A stretch of 64,000 nucleotides of DNA, taken from assembly GCA_963556905.1 (NCBI GenBank), contig CAUWAY010000005.1, positions 279 to 64,278 of the forward strand, in the 5' to 3' direction. Positions 12,602 through 21,387 of this stretch are shown here, one piece after another (the first letter of the stretch is position 1; every line of letters starts with the position of its first letter). Source of the DNA: an uncultured Clostridia bacterium. GTDB lineage: Bacteria > Bacillota > Clostridia > TANB77 > CAG-508. The notes beneath the pieces were generated by a model that made no database searches, had not been told where the DNA came from, and was given only the letters and a program-made list of their open reading frames with translations. The translations under genes were made by a program, and so were the position numbers.

Positions 12602-12628
12602 AAAGATAGAGTTTACTCTATCTTTTTT
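12602..12628 (+). terminator. Intrinsic terminator after ORF 11301
   Basis: aaagatagag-ttta-ctctatcttt plus a T-run. Confidence 0.85.
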
Positions 12629-12676
12629 GTAGAGTTAAAAGAAACTTTGAGGGTTCTATAAAATTTTACAAAACTA

Positions 12677-12705
12677 TTGCAATTTTATAAAAAGAATAAT
12701 AAAAT
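12677..12705 (+). promoter_or_regulatory. Sigma-A-type promoter upstream of plsX
   Basis: TTGCAA-N17-TAAAAT. Confidence 0.55.
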
Positions 12706-12782
12706 ATAATCATTATGAATAATAATAAACTAATATAAAATAAAAGCTAAAATAAGAACAGAAAATGAAAGGAAATGAAAAC

Positions 12783-13796
12783 ATGAACATACTACTAGAT
12801 GCAATGGGAGGAGACAACGCACCAGATGCAAATATAAAAGGAGCAATAAAGGCAATACAGCAAATAAAAGCAGAAGTAACATTAATAGGAAAAGAAGAAA
12901 CAATTAGAAAGAAAGTAAAACAATTTACAGGAAAAGAGATTGAAGAAATATCACCACGACTAAAAATCAGAAATGCAACAGAAACAATAGAAATGGAAGA
13001 TGGACCAACAGATGCAATAAAACATAAAAAAGACTCATCAATGGTAGTTGGATTTAAAATGTTGAAAAATGGAGAAGGAGATGTATTTATATCTGCTGGA
13101 AACTCAGGAGCACTATTAGTTGGGGCAACACTATTAGTAGGAAGAATAAAAGGAATAGATAGACCAGCACTAGCAGGAATACTACCAGCATATAAAAGTA
13201 GATTATTACTAATAGATTCTGGTTCAAACACTAATTGTAAGCCAATAAACCTATTACAATTTGCACAAATGTCAACAATATATTTAAGAAACACATTTGG
13301 AATAGAACATCCAACAATAGGCTTGTTAAATATAGGAACAGAAGAAACAAAAGGAAATGAACTAGTAAAAGAAAGTTACCAACTATTAAAAGAAAAATCA
13401 AAAGAATTAGATATAAACTTTATAGGTAATGTTGAAGGAAGAGATGCTTTTTCAGGAAAAATTGATGCAATAGTAACAGACGGATTTACAGGAAATGTAT
13501 TTTTAAAAACAACAGAAGGACTTGGAAAATTTGTAAAAAGAACATTATCAGAAAGTTTAACAAAAAACATTATATCTAAAATATGTACAATACCATGTCT
13601 ACCAGCAATAAACAGATTTAAAAAAACTATGGACTATAAAACATATGGAGGAGCACTATTTTTAGGAGTAAAGAAACCAGTAGTAAAAGCTCATGGAAGT
13701 AGTGATGAAAAATTATTTGAATTTACAATAAAACAAGCAGAAAAATTTGTAGAAAATAAAGCAGTAGACAGAATGATAGAAGAATTCGAAAAATAA
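12783..13796 (+). CDS. plsX: Phosphate acyltransferase PlsX
   Basis: MNILLDAMGGDNAP N-terminus and GNVFLK motif. ATG 12783 is preferred over ORF-track 12765 (better SD, and a canonical PlsX N-terminus). Confidence 0.92.
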   Translation: MNILLDAMGGDNAPDANIKGAIKAIQQIKAEVTLIGKEETIRKKVKQFTGKEIEEISPRLKIRNATETIEMEDGPTDAIKHKKDSSMVVGFKMLKNGEGDVFISAGNSGALLVGATLLVGRIKGIDRPALAGILPAYKSRLLLIDSGSNTNCKPINLLQFAQMSTIYLRNTFGIEHPTIGLLNIGTEETKGNELVKESYQLLKEKSKELDINFIGNVEGRDAFSGKIDAIVTDGFTGNVFLKTTEGLGKFVKRTLSESLTKNIISKICTIPCLPAINRFKKTMDYKTYGGALFLGVKKPVVKAHGSSDEKLFEFTIKQAEKFVENKAVDRMIEEFEK

Positions 13797-13965
13797 AATT
13801 TTGAACGGTCAGTACAAAAAAATGAAAATATACTTGACAAAAATATAAACATATAATATAAATGTTAAAGACATTCAAGGCAAAGCAATGTATATAAAAA
13901 CATGCTTAAAACATGAAAAGTAAAAGAAATATATTATGTAACACTTGGGAGGAGGTGAACTTGTT

Positions 13966-14205
13966 ATGAGTTCAGAAGAAGTATTTGAAAAAGTAAAAGG
14001 AATAATTGTAGAACAATTAGGAGTTGCTGAAGCAGCAGTTACAACAGAAGCATCATTTATAGATGATTTAGGAGCAGACTCTTTAGATATAGTAGAATTA
14101 GTAATGGCATTAGAAGAGGAATTTGATATTGAAATTCCAGACGCAGATGCAGAAAAAGTTGTTACTGTAGGAGATGTAGTAGATTACATAAAAGAAAATG
14201 TATAG
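13966..14205 (+). CDS. acpP: Acyl carrier protein
   Basis: [20 protein letters not shown] contains the phosphopantetheine-attachment Ser. ATG 13966 lies 9 nt after GGAGGAGG; the ORF-track start 13945 lies inside the SD. Confidence 0.93.
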   Translation: MSSEEVFEKVKGIIVEQLGVAEAAVTTEASFIDDLGADSLDIVELVMALEEEFDIEIPDADAEKVVTVGDVVDYIKENV

Positions 14206-14210
14206 TAAAT

Positions 14211-14243
14211 AAAAAGCTATGTTATTTTATAACATAGCTTTTT
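14211..14243 (+). terminator. Intrinsic terminator after acpP
   Basis: aaaaagctatgttat-ttt-ataacatagcttttt: a long perfect stem running into the T-run. Confidence 0.85.
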
Positions 14244-14292
14244 GCTTTATAAAAAGCACCATTTATATAACAGAAAAACTTTACATAAACCA

Positions 14293-14321
14293 TTGCGAAA
14301 ATTGTCTAAATGTGATATAAT
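14293..14321 (+). promoter_or_regulatory. Sigma-A-type promoter of the deaminase-fusion gene
   Basis: TTGCGA-N17-TATAAT with extended TGa, downstream of the acpP terminator. Confidence 0.65.
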
Positions 14322-14385
14322 AGAAAGCAATATTTTCAAAAAATAAAAAACAAAAACTAAAATCTAGAAAGAAAAGAGGAATAAA

Positions 14386-16881
14386 ATGATAAGTAAATTT
14401 TATTTAGACAAAGAAAAAGACATAATAGTAAAATTAGACAAAACAGGAGATGATGAAATTACATACACACTAGAAACCCCAAATCATAATACAGGTAATT
14501 TAATCACAAATTTAGCTCAAATATGTAATCTAGAAACAGTAAAAAACGAAAAAGACATGAAAATAATCAAAGGAAAGATATCAGCTAGTGTAAATGGGGA
14601 CAATGAAGAAGTATATATATTCAGATTAGGTGGAATAAAAATTGCCAATATATATGAAAACAGAATAGAAATAAAAGCACAAATACCAGCAATAACTAAA
14701 ACATTAATGTCACAAACAAAACATTATAAACTGCCAATAGAAAAAACAATTGTAAAAACATATATATTAAAAAAATCAAAATTCAGAACAGACTTACATA
14801 CACATGCAAATGCAAACTTATCACCAGACTGTTTAATAGCCTTAGGAATAGCACATCAAGTAAGATATCCATTATATTATATCAAAAAATTAAATTTAAA
14901 ATTAACTCAAGAACAAGAAGAAAAAATATATAAACAAAGAAAAGATACAGAGAAACAATATAAAGACAGTTCTTTACAAGGAAAATACCTAACCAGAAAA
15001 ATAGATGACAATACATTTATAAACTTTGCAGACTTTATATTAAACAATATAGAAAATGCCATGTACAATATAGAAAAAATAAGAACAAGTTTAGCAATAC
15101 TAAAAGACGGTCAAGCAGTATTTACTAACCTAGAAAAATGTTATATTTATAGATATGTATTTGCAAAAGGAATAGAATCAAACGAAAAAATAGAATTAAC
15201 AGAAAATTTAATTAGAACAATACCAGAAGAAGATATTAAAAATATAGTACTAAAAATGTTAGAAGACAAAAAAGCAAAAAGTCCATATAAAAACAATACA
15301 TTAAGACAAGATAAACTTTTATGGATTGCAAGAGAATACCAAAAACAAGGAATAAAATATGTAGAATTAGCAGATACAGACTTAGCCAAAATAGGAGAGC
15401 CAGCAGTAAAACTATTGCAGGAAGTACACGATATTTTTCCAGAAATAGAAAAAGAAACAGGAGTAAAAATAAGATACTTATTAGCAATAAGAAGAATACC
15501 ATTAACAATAATAAAAGACCAAAAAACTAGTAATACATACTTAAAAGAAAATATAAATGTATTAAAAGCAGTAGCAAAAAGTCCATATGTTGTAGGAAGC
15601 GACTTTATAGGAGAAGAAATAAATGACATATCAGATTTACAACCAGCAATACAAGAAATCGTAAAATATGTTAGAGAAGAAGACAAAGATTTTACAATTA
15701 GAATACACGCAGGAGAAAACGACAGTTTAAGAAATAATGTAAGAAAATCAATATTATGTGTAAAAGAGTCACTAAAAGACGGTCAAAAAATGCCAAAATG
15801 TAGAATAGGGCATGGTCTATATTCAGAAGACTTAAATAGTCAAGAAGGAGAAGAACTATTACAATTAATGAGAGAAACTGGAGTTGTAATAGAATTCCAA
15901 TTAACATCAAATGTAAGATTAAACAATATAAGTGATTTATCAAGCCATCCAATCAAAAAATTTCTGAAAAATGGAATAAAATGTGTACAAGGAACAGATG
16001 GATGCGGATTTTATGGTTCAGACACATATGATGAGCAACTAGCACTCCAAAATCTTTTAGACTTAACAAATGAAGATTTTGAAAAGATGAGAAATGTTGA
16101 AGATGAAATAATAGAAAATAGTGATAAATATTTCAAAGAAAAGAGCAAAAATTTTGAAAAATTCTTAAATGGAAGAACAATAAGAGAAGCAATACTTGAG
16201 TTAGAAGAAAAAAATATAAAAGAATCTGAAAATCAAAATGAACTAAGAACAAGTAATAATTTGGAAACAGAAAAAGAGTTATCACAAAAAATAATAAATC
16301 TCCCAACAGATAAGGTACCTGTAGTAATTGCAGGAGGAAGTTTTAATACAAAAGGAAGAGAAACATTAGTTACAGAAGAAGGTTTAAATGTATTAAGAGA
16401 ACTCATAAAAAATGCAAATAATGATAATATATATTTTGTAATAGGACATAAAATGCAAGGATATGAAAAAGCTGTAATAGACATATCAAAAGAAATGAAG
16501 AAAAAATTTGAAATAGACGCGATTGTTCCAAAAGTAGTTACTCAAAAAGTTAAAGACAGATTGTTAGACGAAAACTTAAATGGAATTTGTATTTCACCAG
16601 AAACAGAAGAATTAGGAATATATAAAAGCTTTAATTATGAAATCTTTGAAAGAAGAAAAGCAATTGTAATAGCATTTGATGGAAACTCACCAGTATTAAA
16701 CCTTGTGCAAGAAGCTAAAAATGGAAAAGGCAAATCAAAAATATATGTTAACCAAGGAAATCACCTATTAAAAGAAAAAGCAGATACATTAGAAGGATAT
16801 GTTATACCATTTAAAATGCAAGAAAATGTAACAGCAAAAATATTTGAAGACAATCCAGAAATAGTAGAATATAAAATATAA
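14386..16881 (+). CDS. Adenosine/AMP-deaminase-fold protein with unknown N-terminal domain and C-terminal LOG/SLOG-like Rossmann domain
   Basis: Amidohydrolase/ADA signature set: LHTH (H138/H140), VVGSDFIGEE, RIHAGE (441-444), CRIGHG (473-477), QLTSN, GTDG (536-539). The C-terminus (about aa 640-812) carries VVIAGGS, FVIGHKMQGYE and VIAFDGNSPVLNLVQEA. The gene has its own promoter and SD. Confidence 0.8.
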   Translation: MISKFYLDKEKDIIVKLDKTGDDEITYTLETPNHNTGNLITNLAQICNLETVKNEKDMKIIKGKISASVNGDNEEVYIFRLGGIKIANIYENRIEIKAQIPAITKTLMSQTKHYKLPIEKTIVKTYILKKSKFRTDLHTHANANLSPDCLIALGIAHQVRYPLYYIKKLNLKLTQEQEEKIYKQRKDTEKQYKDSSLQGKYLTRKIDDNTFINFADFILNNIENAMYNIEKIRTSLAILKDGQAVFTNLEKCYIYRYVFAKGIESNEKIELTENLIRTIPEEDIKNIVLKMLEDKKAKSPYKNNTLRQDKLLWIAREYQKQGIKYVELADTDLAKIGEPAVKLLQEVHDIFPEIEKETGVKIRYLLAIRRIPLTIIKDQKTSNTYLKENINVLKAVAKSPYVVGSDFIGEEINDISDLQPAIQEIVKYVREEDKDFTIRIHAGENDSLRNNVRKSILCVKESLKDGQKMPKCRIGHGLYSEDLNSQEGEELLQLMRETGVVIEFQLTSNVRLNNISDLSSHPIKKFLKNGIKCVQGTDGCGFYGSDTYDEQLALQNLLDLTNEDFEKMRNVEDEIIENSDKYFKEKSKNFEKFLNGRTIREAILELEEKNIKESENQNELRTSNNLETEKELSQKIINLPTDKVPVVIAGGSFNTKGRETLVTEEGLNVLRELIKNANNDNIYFVIGHKMQGYEKAVIDISKEMKKKFEIDAIVPKVVTQKVKDRLLDENLNGICISPETEELGIYKSFNYEIFERRKAIVIAFDGNSPVLNLVQEAKNGKGKSKIYVNQGNHLLKEKADTLEGYVIPFKMQENVTAKIFEDNPEIVEYKI

Positions 16882-16906
16882 AAAACAACAAATTTACTCA
16901 AAACAC

Positions 16907-16935
16907 TTGACAAATGTTAAAAAATAGTGTAAAGT
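16907..16935 (+). promoter_or_regulatory. Sigma-A-type promoter upstream of ylxM-ffh
   Basis: TTGACA-N17-TAAAGT. Confidence 0.55.
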
Positions 16936-17017
16936 ATATTAGCATTACACATAAATATAATTAATCTTAAATTAATATTTAAGTATAATAGCAACACTTA
17001 AGAGGTGGTAGTAAGAA

Positions 17018-17365
17018 ATGGAAGAAAAAGTGAAAATAAGTATGTTATGGCAAATATATGGAAAACTATTAACAGAAAAACAATATAAATACATAGATTA
17101 CTACTACAATAATGACTTATCTTTATCAGAAATTGCAGAAAACGAGCAAATTACAAGACAAGCAGTAAGAGATATCATCAAAAAGGGGGAAAGAAAACTT
17201 TTCGAATACGAAGAAAAGCTATTGTTTATGAAGAAGACAATTAATCAAGAACAAAAAATACAACAAGTTTTATTGAATTTAACAAAAATACAAAAAGACT
17301 CATCAGATAAACAAATAAGTAGTATTTTGGAAGAAATAAAAAAAGAATTAAATTGTTTAGTGTAA
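17018..17365 (+). CDS. ylxM: YlxM/UPF0122 putative DNA-binding protein (sigma-70 region 4-like HTH)
   Basis: About 115 aa, LSLSEIAENEQITRQAVRDIIKKGE HTH, immediately upstream of ffh as in Bacillota. Confidence 0.85.
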   Translation: MEEKVKISMLWQIYGKLLTEKQYKYIDYYYNNDLSLSEIAENEQITRQAVRDIIKKGERKLFEYEEKLLFMKKTINQEQKIQQVLLNLTKIQKDSSDKQISSILEEIKKELNCLV

Positions 17366-17385
17366 ACAAAAGATAGGAGGAAAGT

Positions 17386-18738
17386 ATGGCATTTGAAGGA
17401 CTATCATCAAGACTACAAGAGATAACAAGAAAAATAAAAGGAAAAGCAAGAATAACAGAATCAGACTTAAAAGAAATGCTAAGAGAAGTGAAGCTTGCCC
17501 TATTAGAAGCAGATGTAAACTACAAAATAGTAAAAGAATTCATAGCAAGTATACAAGAAAAAGCATTAGGTCAGGATGTAATGAAATCATTAACACCAGG
17601 GCAACAAGTAATAAAAATTGTAAAAGACGAAATGGTAGAACTACTTGGAGGAACTGAAAGCAAAATAAACTTTACACCAAATCCACCAACAGTAATTATG
17701 TTAGTAGGATTACAAGGGTCAGGAAAAACAACTACAGCAGGAAAACTTGCAAACATTTTACGAAAAAAAGGAAAAAAACCATTGTTAGTAGCATGTGATA
17801 TATATAGACCAGCAGCTATAAAACAATTACAAGTAGTAGGAGCACAACTAAACATACCGGTATATAGTAACGAAACATCCAAAGATGTTGTACACATAGC
17901 AAAACAAGCAATGAGTGTAGCAATATCAAAACTAAATGATGTAGTAATATTAGATACAGCCGGAAGATTACATATTGATGATGAATTAATGCAAGAACTA
18001 AAAAATGTAAAAGCAAATATAAAACCACATGAAATTTTATTAGTAGTAGACTCAATGACAGGTCAAGATGCTGTAAATGTAGCACAAACATTTAATGAAG
18101 CAGTAGGCATAGATGGAGTAGTACTAACTAAATTAGATGGAGACACACGTGGTGGAGCAGCACTTTCAGTAAAAAAAGTCACAGGAAAGCCAATAAAATT
18201 TGCAGCTACTGGTGAAAAATTAAGTGATATAGAAATATTTAATCCAGAAAGAATGACATCAAGAATACTTGGAATGGGAGATGTGTTATCAATAATTGAA
18301 AAAGCAGAAGAAGCAATTACAGAAGAAGAAGCTGAAAAATTAGAACAGCAACTTCGAAAAAACGAATTAGACTTAGACGATTATTTAGCACAAATAAGAC
18401 AAGTAAAAAAGATGGGATCTTTTTCATCAATATTAAAAATGATACCAGGCATGAATAAAATAAAAGACCTAAATATTGATGACAAAGAATTTGACAAAGT
18501 TGAAGCAATTATTTGTTCAATGACAAAACAAGAAAAAAGAAATGTAAAACTACTAAATGCAAGTAGAAGGCAACGTATAGCAAAAGGTAGTGGAAGAACA
18601 GTACAAGAAATCAACAAATTCATAAAATCATTTGAAATGACACAAAAAATGATGAAACAAATGAAATCAAATAAAGGTGGAATAAAAAACTTAATGAAAA
18701 ATATGAATATGGAAGATTTGAAAAATTTAAAAATGTAG
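17386..18738 (+). CDS. ffh: Signal recognition particle protein Ffh
   Basis: GLQGSGKTTTAGKLA, DTAGR, TKLDGD and a Met-rich C-terminal M domain. Confidence 0.97.
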   Translation: MAFEGLSSRLQEITRKIKGKARITESDLKEMLREVKLALLEADVNYKIVKEFIASIQEKALGQDVMKSLTPGQQVIKIVKDEMVELLGGTESKINFTPNPPTVIMLVGLQGSGKTTTAGKLANILRKKGKKPLLVACDIYRPAAIKQLQVVGAQLNIPVYSNETSKDVVHIAKQAMSVAISKLNDVVILDTAGRLHIDDELMQELKNVKANIKPHEILLVVDSMTGQDAVNVAQTFNEAVGIDGVVLTKLDGDTRGGAALSVKKVTGKPIKFAATGEKLSDIEIFNPERMTSRILGMGDVLSIIEKAEEAITEEEAEKLEQQLRKNELDLDDYLAQIRQVKKMGSFSSILKMIPGMNKIKDLNIDDKEFDKVEAIICSMTKQEKRNVKLLNASRRQRIAKGSGRTVQEINKFIKSFEMTQKMMKQMKSNKGGIKNLMKNMNMEDLKNLKM

Positions 18739-18816
18739 CTAAAATAAAACTTAGCATATAAAAAGTTCATAAATTTTTATACTTATATACATAAAAATTT
18801 TTAGGAGGTGAAAAAA

Positions 18817-19047
18817 ATGGTAAAAATAAGATTACAAAGAGAAGGAAAGAAAAAAGCTCCTTTCTATCATATAGTAGTAGCTGATTCAAAATCTCCAAGA
18901 GATGGAAAAATTATAGAACAAATTGGAACATATGATCCAATGACAAAACCATCAACAATAAATATAAACAAAGAAAAATTAGAACAATGGATAAAAAATG
19001 GTGCACAACCTACAGATACTGTTAAAGCATTAATCAAAAATGCATAA
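18817..19047 (+). CDS. rpsP: 30S ribosomal protein S16
   Basis: [27 protein letters not shown] 18817 lies 8 nt after AGGAGG; the ORF-track GTG 18808 overlaps the SD. Confidence 0.95.
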   Translation: MVKIRLQREGKKKAPFYHIVVADSKSPRDGKIIEQIGTYDPMTKPSTININKEKLEQWIKNGAQPTDTVKALIKNA

Positions 19048-19076
19048 TTAAGTTAGATACGAGAAAGGAAATGCAA

Positions 19077-19307
19077 ATGAAAGACATTTTAGAAACAATA
19101 ATAAAAAATTTAGTAGATAACTGTGAACAGGTTGAAATTAAAGAAACAGAAAATGAAAAAAACATAATCTTCGAAGTAAAAGTTTCAAAAGAAGATATGG
19201 GAAAAATCATTGGAAGACAAGGAAAAATTGCACAATCTATAAGAACAGTAATGAAAGCTGTAGCAAGTAAAAATAATAAAAAAGTTATAGTTGAATTTAT
19301 TGAATAA
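19077..19307 (+). CDS. khpA: KH-domain RNA-binding protein (YlqC/KhpA family)
   Basis: GKIIGRQGKIAQSIR contains the KH GxxG motif; conserved position between rpsP and rimM. ATG 19077 has better SD spacing than 19071. Confidence 0.82.
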   Translation: MKDILETIIKNLVDNCEQVEIKETENEKNIIFEVKVSKEDMGKIIGRQGKIAQSIRTVMKAVASKNNKKVIVEFIE

Positions 19308-19385
19308 ACACAAAAACAAATAAGGATGAAGTTATAGAATAAATCCTAAAAGCAAAAGTTATACCATGAAAGGAATGGTACAAAC

Positions 19386-19892
19386 ATGCAACAAAAACTA
19401 GAAATAGGTCAAATTGTAAATACATTTGGAATAAAAGGAGAAATTAAAATTACACCTTTTACAGATGATATAAAAAGATTTGATAATTTAAAAGAAGTAT
19501 ATGTAAAAACAAAGAAAGACTCAAAACTATATAAAGTAGAGACTGTTAGATATCATAAAAACATGGTATTACTAAAATTGGAAAAAATAAATACACCAGA
19601 ACAAGCAGAACTGTTAAAAAATGCATTTCTTGAAGTTGATAGAGAGCATGCAGTTCCACTTGAAGAAGGAACATATTTTATAGCAGATCTGATAGGAACA
19701 AAAGTTTATACAGATCAAAACCAATTACTTGGTACTGTTGAAGATATTTATAATACAGGTAGTAATGACATATATGTTATAAAAAATGAACTTGGAAAAC
19801 AAATTTTATTACCAGGAATAAAAGAAGTAATAAAACAAGTTGACTTAGAAAATGAAAAAATAATAGTTCATTTAATACCAGGTTTGATTTAA
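19386..19892 (+). CDS. rimM: 16S rRNA processing protein RimM
   Basis: IGQIVNTFGIKGEIKI N-terminus, PRC-barrel C-terminus, conserved rimM-trmD synteny. Confidence 0.92.
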   Translation: MQQKLEIGQIVNTFGIKGEIKITPFTDDIKRFDNLKEVYVKTKKDSKLYKVETVRYHKNMVLLKLEKINTPEQAELLKNAFLEVDREHAVPLEEGTYFIADLIGTKVYTDQNQLLGTVEDIYNTGSNDIYVIKNELGKQILLPGIKEVIKQVDLENEKIIVHLIPGLI

Positions 19893-19920
19893 AAAATGTA
19901 AAAATAAAATGGAGGAAAAA

Positions 19921-20640
19921 ATGAAATTTGATGTGTTAACACTTTTCCCAGAAATGTTTAATCCATTAAAAGAAAGCATAATAGGAAGAGCAAAAGAAAA
20001 AAAACTAATAGATATTAACTTAATAAATATTAGAGATTTTTCAAAAGACAAACACAAAAAAGTTGATGACACTCCATATGGTGGAGGAGCAGGCATGGTA
20101 ATGCGTGCGGATGTAGTATATGAAGCATATAAATCAGTAAAATCTGAAAATTCGAAAGTAATATATTTAACACCACAAGGAAAAGTTTTAAATCAAAAAA
20201 AGGTAGAAGATTTGAGTAAAGAAAAACATCTTATTCTACTTTGTGGACATTATGAAGGAATAGACCAAAGAGTAATAGACAAAATTGTAGATGAGGAAAT
20301 ATCTATAGGAAACTATGTACTAACAGGAGGAGAGATTCCAGCAATGGTATTAATTGATAGTGTTAGTAGATATGTTGATGGAGTTCTAAGTGAAGATTCA
20401 ACATCAGAAGAATCATTTTCACAAGGAATATTAGAATATCCTCAATATACAAGACCAGAAACTTTTGAAAATATAAAAGTTCCTGAAATATTACAAACAG
20501 GTCATCATCAAAATATAAGCAAATGGAGAAGATATGAAGCACTAAAAAACACATATTTAAAAAGACCAGAACTTTTAAAAGATGTAGAATTGTCTGAAAA
20601 AGACAAAAAAGATTTAGAAGATATAAAATCTAAAAAATAA
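19921..20640 (+). CDS. trmD: tRNA (guanine37-N1)-methyltransferase TrmD
   Basis: MKFDVLTLFPEMF..., DDTPYGGGAGMVM, LLCGHYEGIDQRV. ATG 19921 lies 6 nt after GGAGG. Confidence 0.95.
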   Translation: MKFDVLTLFPEMFNPLKESIIGRAKEKKLIDINLINIRDFSKDKHKKVDDTPYGGGAGMVMRADVVYEAYKSVKSENSKVIYLTPQGKVLNQKKVEDLSKEKHLILLCGHYEGIDQRVIDKIVDEEISIGNYVLTGGEIPAMVLIDSVSRYVDGVLSEDSTSEESFSQGILEYPQYTRPETFENIKVPEILQTGHHQNISKWRRYEALKNTYLKRPELLKDVELSEKDKKDLEDIKSKK

Positions 20641-20714
20641 AATAAAAAAGATACAATGTGCTAACTTTCAATTCAAGGCACCGCTTGTATGCAAGAAAGA
20701 AGGAGGTAAATACG

Positions 20715-21167
20715 ATGGATATCATAAAATCAATAGAACATGAACAATTAAAAAACTCTATTCCAGACATTAAAGTTGGAAACACAGTAAGAGTACATGT
20801 TAGAATAAAAGAAGGAAACAAAGAAAGAATCCAAGTATTTGAAGGAATTGTAATTAAAAAACAAGGTGGAGGAGTTAATGAAACATTTACAGTAAGAAAA
20901 ATTTCTTATGGTGTAGGTGTTGAAAAAACATTCTTAATTCACTCACCATTAGTTGAAAAAGTAGAAGTAGTTAGAGTTGGTAAAGCAAGAAGAGCAAAAC
21001 TATACTATTTAAGAGAAAGAACAGGTAAAGCTTCTAAAACTAAAGAATTAGTTGGAGCTAGAATCGAAAATAAAGAAATAACAATAAAAGAAAAATTAAC
21101 AGAAACAGTTGAAGAAACACCAGCTACAGAAACAGTTACAGAAAATACTGAAAAAACAGCAGAATAA
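20715..21167 (+). CDS. rplS: 50S ribosomal protein L19 (with about 35-aa acidic T/E-rich C-terminal tail)
   Basis: [31 protein letters not shown] is canonical L19. ATG 20715 follows AGGAGG; the ORF-track 20658 start is upstream of the SD. Confidence 0.95.
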   Translation: MDIIKSIEHEQLKNSIPDIKVGNTVRVHVRIKEGNKERIQVFEGIVIKKQGGGVNETFTVRKISYGVGVEKTFLIHSPLVEKVEVVRVGKARRAKLYYLRERTGKASKTKELVGARIENKEITIKEKLTETVEETPATETVTENTEKTAE

Positions 21168-21180
21168 TAAAAATCAAAAT

Positions 21181-21206
21181 GCATCTCAAAAATGAGGTGT
21201 ATTTTT
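21181..21206 (+). terminator. Intrinsic terminator after rplS
   Basis: gcatctca-aaaa-tgaggtgt (with G-U pairs) followed by atttttat. Confidence 0.65.
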
Positions 21207-21295
21207 ATATAATATGGAAAGCTATTTATTAATATATGAAAATTTTAAATCTGATATTTTTCCAGAAATTTCAACCAGAAAATTCGATAAAAATC

Positions 21296-21324
21296 TTTAC
21301 AAAAAAACAGAACTAATATAAAAT
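21296..21324 (+). promoter_or_regulatory. Sigma-A-type promoter of the Lon-related protease gene
   Basis: TTTACA-N17-TAAAAT. Confidence 0.55.
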
Positions 21325-21387
21325 AAAATAGATGAATAAGGACAAAATAAAAACATAAAAAGTGTTTTTTAGAAAGGAAAGCAAAAG

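Noticed and set aside
14386-16881. RADAR (RdrA/RdrB) or Cad1-type assignment for the large adenosine-deaminase-fold protein.
   Set aside because: No RdrA-like ATPase, CARF domain, CRISPR-cas genes or any other defence gene is adjacent. I can only support the fold-level call plus the unusual fusion, not membership of a named system.
20641-20714. Possible L19 ribosomal-protein leader RNA between trmD and rplS.
   Set aside because: The spacer is only 74 nt, and I could find only a 4-bp stem (cttg/caag). That is insufficient to claim the structured L19 leader without a covariance-model search.
21214-21321. 35-aa ORF (MESYLLIYENFKSDIFPEISTRKFDKNLYKKTELI) in the rplS to Lon-protease intergenic region.
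   Set aside because: There is no Shine-Dalgarno upstream, and the ORF overlaps the predicted promoter of the downstream gene. It most likely arises by chance in AT-rich DNA.
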